The position numbers were made by a program, and so were the translations under genes. Shown in pieces: positions 13,301-25,088 of a stretch of 64,000 bases of DNA. This stretch comes from Botryllus schlosseri (lineage: Eukaryota): assembly GCA_051294905.1 (NCBI GenBank), contig CM119372.1, positions 14,882,001-14,946,000 on the forward strand, read 5' to 3'. Below the pieces are notes generated by a model, which was given only the letters and a program-made list of their open reading frames with translations, did not search any database and was not told the DNA's origin. How positions within the stretch are numbered: position 1 is the stretch's first letter; the number at the start of each line of letters is the position of its first letter.

Positions 13301-16300
13301 CATCTAGCAAGGCTTACGCAGCGCCATCTCTCTTATTGTTGTGATAAAGCAGTGTCACAAACTCGGCTATGTCTAAAACAGTGGTCTCAAACACGCGGCC
13401 CGCTTCGGGAATATCCGTTTTCTTATTTCGGATTTGAGAACTTAACATTCCCTCTAAAACCACTCCAAAAACCTGAATTCTATGACATGTCAAATGCCCA
13501 CTTGCTGCGAAATTATAACGCGACAGCTTTTACGATGACATGATGGATTTGTCTTCTCGCATGGTGTCTGACTGTCTATAACTCATTATATCTCCAAATT
13601 ATGCCAAGCACAACTATATTTTTAATAAAATATTTAAAAATATGACTTTTTCGTGAATATTACAATAGTGAATCACCTTTTGACAATGTGTGTGGAATGC
13701 CAGTCTGCAAGGTCCGTTAAATAAGACCTACTTCGAAATACATATTATATCCCTATTTCAGGGGTGGCCAACCTGCAGCCGTAGAAGGAAATTTGTGCAA
13801 CCGTGGACACGTAATTCATTTAGTATCTGTTAGCGGGCGTCGACATCCAATTTGCGAATTTACGAATGGACTCCCGATTTCTTGATAGATTTTAATAAAT
13901 CTTGAAATTTTCTTTGCGTCATGGGAGATTCAATGTGACTTCATTTTCGATTTTAATATAGTAAGGCCCTTTGCAATTAGAGCCCCACATTACAAATTCG
14001 AACAGCAGAAGGAAATGATGCGCCCCATATAGGAATACAAACTTGGAATCGTGCTCTCCTCTCTATACCGCCAATCCTGATGGGAGGTCAAGAAATAACA
14101 GCATGTAACAAAGTGACTATTAGGAAATGGCCCACCCGAAGATGCATCATCATTTATATCTTGCCCTAAAATTTTGAAAACACCATCCATCCATCAACTC
14201 TACCGGTGAATCTGATCACACGGGCTGAGGAAGGATAAATGTTTGATAGTAATATGTAAAACTACCAATATTAATCATGAAATTCACTAGTAAATGTAAA
14301 AAATTTTCTCGCTTCTCGCGACAATGCACAGACCCATAACATGAACAGTGACCACTCGCATTTCGGTGCGTACAACCAGCCTATATGTTCAAATAGATAT
14401 GTCAGGATCTCACCAGAAATGAACATAGACATCCTAATATGGGTATTAGCTGTCCAGCTAGTTCATTACGACTATGCCCTGGAATGCAGTCGTAGGCTCC
14501 CTATTTGATGCTATGTGGCCCGCCGCGCCATCAGAAACTACGAACTTTGACCCCTGGTCTAAACGATGATAGTCTTGATGCTCTGATGTTTTTGCGTCAA
14601 TAAAAATGTTGTTTGTGTAGCTTGTATGTGTATTTTACTACTTTTCTAATCCCGGGGAATCCCGATCCCGGGATTTCAAATTTGATCCCGAAGTCCCAAC
14701 CCTAGTTGCTACTCAAGTAGAATTGACGCTGTAAATTTCTACTCCGTTACAAGTAGAATTAGCAATTTCTAAATCAGGTCAAAACTAAGTAATACTTCAA
14801 GAGAAAGTAGAAAAGGTCGTCGAGGGGCCGAATACTTTCAGCCGTTAATCGGAGGTGGCCGATTTCAAAATAGCAACATGTGTCTTCATCACTAATACAA
14901 ACTGACTACTGAAACTACAAATAAGTAGAATCTTCGAAATTATATTCATTTATCGCGATAAAGGGGCTATGTTACATTTACTCATAAAAAGGATGCAAGC
15001 TCATCAAAAAACTACTGTCTACTTTTCAAAATCCGAACGGTAAGAGTAGGTAGCTTTGACGAAAAACTGTTCAAGTAGAAGTGGGAGTAGTCTAGAAACA
15101 GAACCACTTTCATAAGTAGTGACAAGATCGGGCCGATATCGAATATCGACATAAATAGTAATTGCAGAATATTGGTTGATATTGTTAAATATATTAGCTT
15201 CTACGAAAAATGTCTTAGTGAACATATGTATTGGAAGTGCATTGTGAAGATGGATTCAAACAGATTAAAATAGATAATGGATATCCACAACATATCAATG
15301 CTTATTTAAGCGATATATCATCAGGATAAACAGGAGTCTTGATCCTTGAATATGACACTCCCAGCTGATGTGATCTGTTATATTCTGATATATCACTTCC
15401 CTTCTGGTCTTTTACAACCTTTTAATCCACAAAGCCATGGAAAAGTATTAAAACAATATTAGAATTGCATTTGTTGAAAAGCAGCCATACAAAGATAGTC
15501 ATTGACATTGACACCAAAACTTGAACCGAGATCAATATTTCGTGTGTCCGTGCATCTTTAATACTGACCTGCGGCAGGTCGCAAATGAAATCGTAGGCAT
15601 TCGCCTGCTTGGCAGCCTTCACGATATCCGATTGTTTTACACCATCTCTTCCCCATTTGATATTTTCGGCAATAGTCATATTGAAAAGTACAGGTTCTTG
15701 GGCAACAACGCCGATATTATCACGGAGCCACTTTACATTCAGTGTGTCTACATTCAATCCATCAATCTCCACCGAGCCGGACTGTAATAGAGATGTTTGA
15801 TTGCGTAAAGGCCATGATATTTGAACGGTGCACCGTTGAAAAGAAAGAAAACAGTGTTTGCGTTAACAAAATAATGAGTCAATAGTCATGTACATCGGAT
15901 AATGAAATGACTCAGCATCCTTTTCAAACTCAGCATTCATCACAGTCAGGGTAGTATAATGAAGAATACCGTGTCGCATATCACCTGAATATCATAGAAT
16001 CTTTGAATTAAGCTGATGCATGTGCTTTTACCACATCCGCTCTGACCAACTAGGGCTACCGTTTCACCTTTTTCGACGGTAAACGTGACGTCTTTGAGTA
16101 TCTAAAATTAAATCGTGACAAGGTAAGTGACAAGAAGACAAATTTCTTCAAAAAGGTACAAATCCATAAAACATTCATGGGCTACAGCCAAGCAGATTCC
16201 GGCCGAAATATTTGAATTTAGCATATTGGTTAAGATAAAATGTTTCGCCACATGATATGTTTATAGAGACCGATATACAGCATTGTTTCGTTGTTGTACA

Positions 16301-19300
16301 AATGTACCAGGGCTGTGGAGTCGGAATCTCGAGTCAGGCCACTTAGGAGTTGAAGCCAGAGATGCACTTTACAACTCGGCGAGTTGGCAGTTGGAGTCAA
16401 AATTTCAAATTTCAATCTTGCGGGGTCGCAATTTTTTTTTAAAAGCAGAGCTCTGAGCAGGGTTGTAATGACTTGATTCATGACTCGACTCGAGTCATGA
16501 TTTTTTTGTGAGTCGACTTGACTCGAGTCATCTTTCAAATACGTAAATTGACTCGACTCGAGTCAATGTTTGTATTGACTCGACTTGTACTCGAGTCATT
16601 GTGCATGACTCGAACCAAGTCATATGACTCGAGACTGGGACGGCCAAGACAGACATTTCATTGTAACTTCGAAGAATAGTAAAGTCACCACATTTTTGGT
16701 ATTTCGTCTATCAGTCCTGATACTTGGAAAATGAGGTAAGAAAATGTTAGGACTGAGGAAAATTACGATATTATGAAGGCGAGCCATTCTATATCATTCG
16801 AGGAGAATTATAAAAAGTGGGTTGAACTGGATTGAACTCAAAACTGAACAGTGAACACAATGACTTGGACTCGAACTTGAGTCACAATACTATGACTCAG
16901 ACTCGACCCTCTACTCACTGACTCGGACTTGACTCGGTGGTGAATTGAAAATGACTCGACTTGACTTGAGTCAAAACGAAGGGTGAGATTGACATGTGAC
17001 TTGGAACCTTGTGACTTGGTTACAACCCTGGCTTTGAGTCAGAGTTGCGCTCTGGAATCTTGCGATAGTCGAGAGTCGAGTCGCATGGAAATTTATGCAA
17101 ACCTCCAGCCCTTTTGGTAACAGGCATAGGCTATATACATATACCGGTACTCCGGTACATTAGTAAACATTAGTAAATATCTACAAAATTATATTAAATA
17201 GTGTTTGTTCGATAGCATAATGGAAAAATACGCCGATGAAAATATCATATTGGTATTGCTTGTCCTCATCACCTGAACTGTATTTCTCGAAGGATAACTG
17301 AAGTTGACATTTCTGAATGAAATTTCTCCATCGCTTGACTGAGGTTTGAGTCCCGTGTCCGAGAATACATCTATCGCAGGTTCCCTGTCGATCACAGTGA
17401 ATATCTTTTGTGCTGCTGCCTTTGCAGCAGAAAAGTACTCCATGTTGCCACCGGCCTGTGATAAATGATTCTCGTGGTGATGTTTGCCGCTCCTTATTAA
17501 ACCGCAATTTCAGCTTACCGTTCCCAGAGCAAAGGCTGCTATTAGAACATTGTAGAAGACGACCATCATATCTCCGGGTGTTAATTGGTCATCGGACTTC
17601 TTTACAACCAAATGCACGCCATACCAGAAAGTGACGGCGTAACTCCCAAACATGGCGAGATAGAGCAGACCAATACTTGCCCCCGTCAAAGTTCCTCGTT
17701 TTATGCCCAGAACTCTTGCCTTTTTTAACATTGATGAGTACCTGAAAACAGTTGGGTCATTTCTACTGATTTGACAATAAAGAGGACAAAAATACTGATC
17801 AGGAGTATCCAATGTTATATAATTATTCATTTTCTGATAACTAATTGCTAATTGCCATACAAACCAACATTAGGACACTGATAGAACTTGAAATAAGACT
17901 AAAAGCTTACAGTGAGTTATGTATAACGGCAGACAAATTTTGCTAGTGACCAGTTTTGTTGTGGATTCAGAAGACGATATGGGTTACTATGATTTAATTC
18001 GGGTGAAAATTGCCTGATACAACGGATTTTAAACATCTGTTACATGATCAAAAAGCTTCGACATCATTTTTCAAGACATTGCGATGCAGTCCCAATTTTG
18101 GCCAAGATTTGAAAAGTGATGTTTCATTAACAAAAACTATTGAATGATTCACCATTTTAATGTCAATATCATTTTGAAAACCTGTGCAAGCAACGTCAGC
18201 CATCATATATACCAAGATATTACTCTACTTTTCAAAACGATTGTCTTGAATTCCAAAAGCCACAACAGTCCGTATCGCCGATATGGTCTCTTCAGCGATC
18301 GATCCAGCGGATGCATATGCGTCGAGTTCTTTTTGCGTATATGAAGCTGACAACTGTAAATTTAACCAACTGTAAATTCATCGTTACAATTGCAGAATCT
18401 TAATAGGTCCGCGAGGTTTACATACGGCAAAGAAAAATCCAGAGCCGAAAATTGTTAGTGGAGTGACGGCTAACGACACCAGCGTTAGTTTCCAAGAGTG
18501 CATAAACGCTAGCGTGAGCCCAACGGCGATCAAAACAAATTGCTGAAGCGTCACGGGCACTTTGTCAGCCATGCCATCATAGACCTTCTTGATATCGCTG
18601 CAAGTATATCACCAGGTAGAATCCGCCGTGTACTAGCCATACTCCGTAAGTCAACACTTACTCGGAAAGCCGCGAGTTTATCTCTCCCGGAGGGTTCAAA
18701 TCGTGATATCCGATGTCCTGCCGTAGAACTGCCCTGACATATTTCACCCGGATTTGATTGGTTTGCCTGAAAATACAAATGGGAACATTCATCGAATTGG
18801 AAATGAAATGATGACAGATTTCAATGAGATACCGTGAAGCTTGCAGGCAGAAGGTTCCAGTTTGAAGCGTTGCAAAAACTAGCACTCCTGTAGCAATGTA
18901 GACCAAGTAGTAGATATAAGGGAGAGTATTTTCTCCTAAATTTCTTGCAGATTCCGAGGCATTAGCAAATTCCCTGTGGACAAGAGGATGGATTGACATC
19001 TGAAGACTGGTGCGGTGACTGTTGTTAAAAAGATGTGCAATGAAGCATGGTATACTGGATAGAATACAACTTGATGGGAGTTTGCGGTTTCAGCGCTGTT
19101 AGAAACTCTATCGCCAATTATCACAGACCTTTTCCAGCAATTTTACTTCCTGTTAATGACAGTTACCACTGTATCACATCTTTCTTTTACAAGCTCATAA
19201 AGCGAGTGTAATTTGAAATTGGAAGACTAAAAATTGACAAAATGATTCGAGACATATATAGGCGAATATATCCCGATGACATTTGACGATGTAGTAATGG

Positions 19301-22300
19301 CGTTTTGTGAGAATGCATTCCTGCATTGTTTTCAGTTGAAGTATAATAATATCCAATCGGGAATTTCATGATGCCTCGTGTTTGCTGTAAGAAATATTGA
19401 TAATAACTGATTGGTGGTGGATACTCTCATATCTGTGTGTATACACGTTGTTCTAAAATTATCTACACGGTAAACAACATTCAGTGCAGTCTTCTTGTAT
19501 GTGTCTATGGTGTGTGGCTATCATGATACGTCATTTCGATACGTGAAATCCCGGTTGGTTGAGATAGAACACACAGCAACATAGCCCTCGGCATGTAATT
19601 GAAATTGCCGTTTTTATCCTAAACCGTCCCATTCATCACTCCTCGCAACATGTGTATGTTTTGATAGTTTGTTTTAGATATAATAAAATCCTGCTACTAT
19701 CAGTGGCTGTTGTTACTTAATGATATACAGCGAAACGCCTCACTGCCGGACACGCGGTGACAAGTCACTAAGGAAGTCACACAAGACGCGATCAGTAATG
19801 GTATAACTTGCGGTTCGCCAAAACTTTGCCAAGCATTCTCACATATCAAAGAAGTGTGAGCACGATGATAATCACACAATAATATGAGCATGGGCACTGT
19901 ACGAGAGCTAGCATATTGAACAATAATGACTGTTTCTTGAGTTCAAAAGTGGTGAGTGATAAGGTACGGTACTTCTACTTTTTGGAGTACTCAAGCAGGT
20001 TTTGTCTGTCTACTTGGTGGTGCTATTTTCACACTACTTCCACATCCACCTCAGCAGTTTTTGAGGCCAATTAGGATTTTGTTCAGGTTAAAAACAGCAT
20101 TTGGACAGACCTGAATCACTTTTATGGTTGAAATCCGCATGATAACCTTGTGACAAAAGCAATGTATCACAGTAATAGTATTTGAATATATATTTGAAAA
20201 CTACAAGAATTTGTGGCACCGTCAGTCATTCTGTATTAATCACGAAGATGATTCTTGCAATATTGACAGTTATCGCTGTCCATTGACGAATAATAATGAC
20301 CTGTCATCATAATCTACTTGAAATAATTTGTGAAACTTGAGTATTCTTCTGCCCGACATTTTGTATTTCAATTCAAAGTAGTTTTGGTACGTATTGAAGA
20401 TTGCTGCATTTACTTGTAATTGAGTAAAGACATTTACAAAATTACTTCGACTAGCATGATCAACCCTGACCAACTCCCCGATATACTTATGCATGTAAAT
20501 GCAATGATGAATTGGCATAATTCACAGAAATTAGCAGCGTATCAGTGGACAGCGGACACCTCAGGTGCAAGCAGTGCTTGGCAAATATTGATTGAGCTGC
20601 ATTCTTTTGGCAAAAATTATTATTGGAGTGCCAGCAGCCTGTGGTTTAAGTAGAAAGACGTCTCGATACTCACTCTTCTGTACCATTAAACAGCCCGTCA
20701 TTGACACAGGTAGTGTAATTGAAATTACATTCCTTGAATATCCCAAAAGTGGTGAAAGCATCGGTAAGCTTTCCAAAAAACAAGAACATCACAGGCAGTC
20801 CAGCACCGTGTGCTGTAGCTGATACAACTCCAATTAGCAGCAGCAGAATATCCGCACAAGTAGCGTATCGGAACTGAATATAATAGAATAGTGTATAATA
20901 ATATGATACATCTTCAGAACAAAACGACAAGAGTTGAAATTCACACTCTGGGTAATCACTAGCTAAAATCATAAATATTCCTTATACAATTAAATAGTAT
21001 ATTCATATTGAAATGAACCCGAATATTTTCGGCTGACACTCGTCAGGGGTAATCGTCAGCAACTAGTAGAGAATTGGAAAGAACATTGTATATCAACAAT
21101 CGTATCACAAAATATGACGTCACCAGCATGAAATTTCGAATGAGAGAGCGTTCAATGTACTATTTTTAGGTGATACACGAACTCCTTTTGTTGACAGAGT
21201 TTTGGTTGGTGTATTTTGATAAAAGTTGATTCCAAGGCACACAAATGGGGTCTTTGCGATCCCGTCGGTCTGATGGCGCTGTATGTTTCTGCCGTTAGGA
21301 CACCGTTTTTCTTCAATGTCAGCAAACGGTTGGTCAGTCGTCTTTCAATTTTAGGTGTATTATCAAATTCCGAAACCGAACCAAGCGAGATAAATTTGGT
21401 TTTGTCATGCAATATTGATTCCATTTTCGAAATGTAGTCAGCTTTGTTCAGAATGACAACACCGGATCCTTTGTCTGGTTTGGTGATGTGAATTTCAGGG
21501 TTGGATCGCAATGCTTTGATGGCTAGGAAACACTCTTTGTTCATCAGGAAGTCCGCCTTGTCGACCGGGCATCCACAATACGAATGCGCCAAATCTGATA
21601 ACCGAGCTTTGAGAGCAGGTATACCCTCGTCTGATTTAGGTTCGTGGTGTTTTAATTGGCCGAGGAGAACTTCAAATTCCGCAAATACCTCCTCATTCTT
21701 GACAGTGGTAGGCGGCAGGCAAAAATTGAGCCCATGGGATAAAACAAATTCTTCAGTCGGGCTTAGCTTATGATCTGATAAGTTGAGTATATTCTTCTTG
21801 CTTGGACTTGCATTGCTACCGAATCGCTGGCTAACTAAGCGGTTAATGCCACGTTCGTTCCTTGTTGTATTCTGCTTTTCTTTGATAGTATCTATCGATG
21901 CCAAATAACGGCAGAAGCGAAATAAGTCGAAAAACGACAGGATTGAACGTACTTCCTTCTGCAGCGATCGACAAACACGGCGGAGAGTAGTAACCAACTT
22001 CTCATTCTTCCCAATCTCGTCATATAAAAACGCTTGTTCCATTCTAGGATTGTGGATGCCCGGTCGACAAGGCGGAATTCCTGATGAACAAAGAGTGTTT
22101 CCTAGCCATCAAAGCATTGCGATCCAACCCTGAAATTCACATCACCAAACCAGACAAAGGATCCGGTGTTGTCATTCTGAACAAAGCTGACTACATTTCG
22201 AAAATGGAATCAATATTGCATGACAAAACCAAATTTATCTCGCTTGGTTCGGTTTCGGAATTTGATAATACACCTAAAATTGAAAGACGACTGACCAACC

Positions 22301-24130
22301 GTTTGCTGACATTGAAGAAAAACGGTGTCCTAACGGCAGAAACATACAGCGCCATCAGACCGACGGGATCGCAAAGACCCCATTTGTGTGCCTTGGAATC
22401 AACTTTTATCAAAATACACCAACCAAAACTCTGTCAACAAAAGGAGTTCGTGTATCACCTAAAAATAGTACATTGAACGCTCTCTCATTCGAAATTTCAT
22501 GCTGGTGACGTCATATTTTGTGATACGATTGTTGATATACAATGTTCTTTCCAATTCTCTACTAGTTGCTGACGATTACCCCTGACGAGTGTCAGCCGAA
22601 AATATTCGGGTTCATTTCAATATGAATATACTATTTAATTGTATATTGAAGTTCTGTACCTCCAAGAAGCTCTTCAAATATTCCTTACCAGACGATAATA
22701 CGGCACAGACTTCACAGGTTCATCAGACTTTGAAGAAGACTGCTCTTCATCACATCCGTTGTCAGGTTGTTTTACCCGAACATCAAATGAGTCATCCAAA
22801 CTGCAAACATAATTGCGAAACTTACTTGTTCTGATTATTATACAGGAGAGTGTCCCATCTCCATAAATTATCATTAATTAGTAAATTTTTTCACCAGTCA
22901 CAGACTCAACACTATTGCTTGCTCTATGGTGACAAAGTAAACTGTAAAGCGGCATGCCGGTGGGAATTATAAAAAAATATCATACATTATATACATTTTA
23001 TATTTTGCAAACGAGTATTTTTCCACTTAAATTTCAGATTTGGAGGCTTTCAGCTACATAGACATTAGTGACATTGCAAACATTTGATTGCATTTTTTTA
23101 TCCATGTTTCTTAATTTACAGATTCTCAGTACTAAGATGGATTGACCTTGACACAATGATAGGAAAATTTGAAAGCATGTGCACTTTCAGGAATGACATG
23201 GGAAAGAACATATTTCTCGAAGTTATGGAGATGGATCTACGCGACAATTTCATAAACTCCATATGCCTGCCAAAATAATGTTATAATTGTGACACGATTG
23301 TTGATATACAATGCATTTTTCCATTTCCCTACTAATTGCTGGCGATTACCTGTGACGAGTGCCAGCCGAAAATATACGGGATCATTACAATATGAATATA
23401 CTACACAATTGTATATTAAAGTTTTGTTTCGCGAACAATCTCTTCATTATATAAGGGGGAATATCCATATTCAATACATTATTTAGGACTTCATTATAAC
23501 TGCGACATCCGGCCAATGTTCCGCATGACCACCAGCAATCAGTGTTGCACATGAGCAAGTGAAAACTGATGGTGCGTCACGTCATGATAAAGTAAGTTGC
23601 CTATTAAACTTGGTATATGCACGTCATAGATTCAAGCATTAATCAAATTGATGTGTTCTACAATTTAGGTCAAATACAGATACATGCTCATCTTTTCAAT
23701 ACACGCACTAGTGACGAGCAAGATTAGAATGCATATCGAAGTTTGACATATCAAAATTCAAAGCATCATTGTAGAGCCTACTTTTAAAGTAATTTCATAA
23801 AATTACATCTATAAAATCAAAAATGCCTTCATTTGTTTTGTATAAAGGAAGCTGCTTCAAGTGTTAATCCAAATTTTGAAGATAGGCGTCAATACGAGTA
23901 TATGCTAAATTTGGTGTTGGATTCAATCCAAGAGTGTTCCGTACATTTACTTAGTTTACAAAAACAAATGCATGACTGGAGAGGACTTTCGAAATACATT
24001 AATAAAAATGCATCTAAAAATTCGAAAATGCAGTTGTTGCTGAAAGACCACTCGATGATAACGTAAGGTTATTCAAATAAACTTACTAATCGCCTTCATC
24101 TTCGTTCAATAGTAGTTGGCGGGTCTCCAT
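4354..24130 (-). CDS. ABCB1: ABCB1/MDR1-like (P-glycoprotein) full-length ABC transporter, 27 coding exons, ~1306 aa
   Basis: Manually spliced GT-AG exons (minus): 24087-24130, 22689-22800, 20674-20873, 18833-18973, 18662-18766, 18426-18597, 18229-18353, 17519-17741, 17273-17455, 15985-16101, 15569-15781, 12932-13112, 12664-12870, 11310-11422, 10924-11014, 10322-10500, 8837-9047, 8448-8597, 7744-7849, 7540-7680, 6448-6604, 6146-6343, 5972-6084, 4872-4965, 4668-4814, 4445-4614, 4354-4381. They sum to 3921 nt in one frame. Architecture is TMD-NBD-TMD-NBD with two Walker A motifs (GQSGCGKST), two [14 protein letters not shown] signatures, Walker [11 protein letters not shown] and H-loops AHRLST. 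The protein starts METRQLL and ends [11 protein letters not shown]. Orthology within ABCB1/4/5/11 cannot be resolved, so the symbol means ABCB1-like. Confidence 0.93.
6933..7265 (-). mobile_element. tRNA-derived SINE (Meta-domain-like), copy 1
   Basis: On the minus strand: A box tagcgtaatgg, B box ggttcgatccc, then gtcagaccaaagac...ggtatccatgacttccctgcttggcgctca and a (tttcc)n tail. Nearly identical to 25325-25656. Confidence 0.85.
9529..10258. mobile_element. hAT (Charlie-like) MITE
   Basis: TIR cagtgattcccaac / gttgggaaccactg, with a perfect 8-bp TSD ctcaagat (9521-28, 10259-66). Confidence 0.9.
11924..12614 (+). mobile_element. Internally deleted hAT element retaining a transposase C-terminal fragment
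   Basis: Imperfect TIR cagggagattatttttgac / gtcaaaaaataaccgccgta, with TSD gtaattac/gcaattac. The peptide [11 protein letters not shown]...KDRQFQPE resembles the hAT dimerisation motif (S..VERxFS). Confidence 0.65.
13244..14704. mobile_element. 'gggatcccggga' MITE containing nested hAT MITE(s)
   Basis: Outer TIR gttgggatcccgggaaatcccgatcccgggatt / aatcccgggg...tcccaacccta. The inner element 13379-14556 (cagtggtctcaaa...tttgacccctg) has TSD gtctaaaa/gtctaaac. A further caggggtggccaacc end lies at ~13759. Confidence 0.75.
16308..17112. mobile_element. GGAGTC-type MITE with a nested GACTCGAGTC-rich hAT MITE (16458-17030)
   Basis: Outer termini cagggctgtggagtcgg...ctccagccct. Inner TIR cagggttgtaa/ttacaaccctg with 8-bp TSD gctctgag/gctttgag. 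Confidence 0.8.
21017..21060 (-). ncRNA. Minimal type I hammerhead ribozyme (PLE pLTR), copy 1; sense to the ABCB1 pre-mRNA
   Basis: The reverse complement reads GCUGAC-GAUU-ACCC-CUGACGA-G-UGUCAGC-C-GAAA-AUAU-UC-GGGU. This gives stem I ACCC/GGGU, core CUGANGA and GAAA, a 1-bp stem II, a palindromic stem III AAUAUU and a UUC cleavage triplet. Confidence 0.8.
21152..22042 (-). CDS. PLE-derived ORF (296 aa): N-terminal/DKG region fused in frame to the extreme C-terminus; RT and endonuclease cores deleted
   Basis: From the ORF track. After ...RPTGSQRP, where PLE RTs normally continue to a YGLPKxHK motif, the sequence jumps to [17 protein letters not shown]. No YxDD or GIY-YIG catalytic motifs are present. 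The last 130 aa are repeated on the plus strand at 22084-22476. Confidence 0.75.
   Translation of the reverse strand: MEQAFLYDEIGKNEKLVTTLRRVCRSLQKEVRSILSFFDLFRFCRYLASIDTIKEKQNTTRNERGINRLVSQRFGSNASPSKKNILNLSDHKLSPTEEFVLSHGLNFCLPPTTVKNEEVFAEFEVLLGQLKHHEPKSDEGIPALKARLSDLAHSYCGCPVDKADFLMNKECFLAIKALRSNPEIHITKPDKGSGVVILNKADYISKMESILHDKTKFISLGSVSEFDNTPKIERRLTNRLLTLKKNGVLTAETYSAIRPTGSQRPHLCALESTFIKIHQPKLCQQKEFVYHLKIVH
22568..22611 (+). ncRNA. Minimal type I hammerhead ribozyme (PLE pLTR), copy 2
   Basis: Stem I is accc 22578-81 paired with gggt 22608-11. Core ctgacga is at 22582-88, stem II is g22589:c22597, gaaa is at 22598-601 and the palindrome aatatt is at 22601-06. Predicted cleavage is after C22607. 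The 5' gctgac (22568-73) is complementary to loop II gtcagc (22591-96). Confidence 0.8.
23287..23417 (+). mobile_element. Diverged solitary PLE 3' end/pLTR fragment with degenerate hammerhead (ABCB1 intron 1)
   Basis: Colinear with 22517-22647 (ttgtga.acgattgttgatatacaatg...tgacgagtg.cagccgaaaatat.cggg...caatatgaatatacta...attgtatatt). The core is mutated (gtgacga instead of ctgacga; atac instead of attc). Confidence 0.8.
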
Positions 24131-24571
24131 ATTTTCTTCTGTAATTCTGTCAAAGCATCAAGAACTGGCAAATTGGTCGGACACTAACACATAGCAGTAG
24201 CCGCAATTACTTGGTTGAAATTCTATTCCCGGTTTCAAATTGGTTACTCGGCAGCTCTACGTGAAATTGAACTTTAGCGCGCAGCACGCTTCGCAATGCC
24301 GCCGGTATAGTTTGCGATGAAGTGGTGCAATCGTATGTGCATTGCGCAACACCAGACTATTTGTTTACAACTCTAAATCCAGTTTTGAGGTGCATCTAAA
24401 ACAGTGGTGGCGGTCGGCTTGCTTTTGTATCAAAAGCAGCGGTTCTATTGTTTTATCCGCTCAAGACATACAATGTACAATGCAGTACACAATAAACAAT
24501 ACGATATAATCTACATATAGGCCGGAGTGGAATTGGTGGCAAACGTCACACGCGACTTTAATTATTCTATG

Positions 24572-24926
24572 CAGTGGTGGCCTTTGGGGTGGGCGAGGTG
24601 GGCGGTCGCACGGGCCCCCCCTAGTCGAAGGGGCCCCCTCTTTGGTTTTAGCGCTTTTTTCAATGGTTGTAGTGAATAGACGTAGAAATCCTTGTACCAA
24701 TCAAGAAGATGATTCCGTTCAGATGAGTGAATCTTCAAATCTCCGCATTTGTTATTAAAGTCCTGTATCACGACAATAATGAAGTCTCTGCATGGCTATT
24801 AAGTTGATAGGCGAAAGGGGGATCTGGGGAGCGGATCCTCCCCCAGAAGCGGTGATTACATACTTATAGCCCCCCCCCCCCCCGGAAGTCTCGCCCAGGG
24901 CCCACCCAATCGTAGTGCCACCACTG
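24572..24926. mobile_element. GC-rich hAT MITE just upstream of the ABCB1 start codon
   Basis: TIR cagtggtggc / gccaccactg, with a perfect TSD attctatg (24564-71, 24927-34). It is inserted in a short repeat also seen at ~42958-43045. Confidence 0.85.
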
Positions 24927-25088
24927 ATTCTATGGAAGAAACCCTTCCGTCACGCGCAACTTATTGACGAAAACAACCACTGATTCCAGTCTGGCATATA
25001 GGAAGATGCTGAGACGACCAAGTGTGGTCTCACCTTACCAGAGGCGGTCAGTATCGAAGTACTTCTACTTTTCGAAGTACCTCAAGTA

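Larger units (their letters stand above)
20983..22645. mobile_element. Penelope-like retroelement (PLE), 5'-truncated and internally deleted, with inverted arms, in ABCB1 intron 2
   Basis: Arms 20983-21579 and 22049-22645 (597 bp each) are reverse complements, with one mismatch seen near 22077. The spacer 21580-22048 continues the minus-strand ORF. The ORF has PLE N-terminal hallmarks ([19 protein letters not shown] and the [16 protein letters not shown] 'DKG' motif) and a GIY-YIG-type C-terminus ([16 protein letters not shown]). Both 3' ends carry hammerhead cores. No TSD was seen. Confidence 0.9.

Noticed and set aside
22084..22476. Independent 130-aa gene
   Set aside because: It is an inverted duplicate of the 3' part of the PLE ORF, starting at an internal Met.
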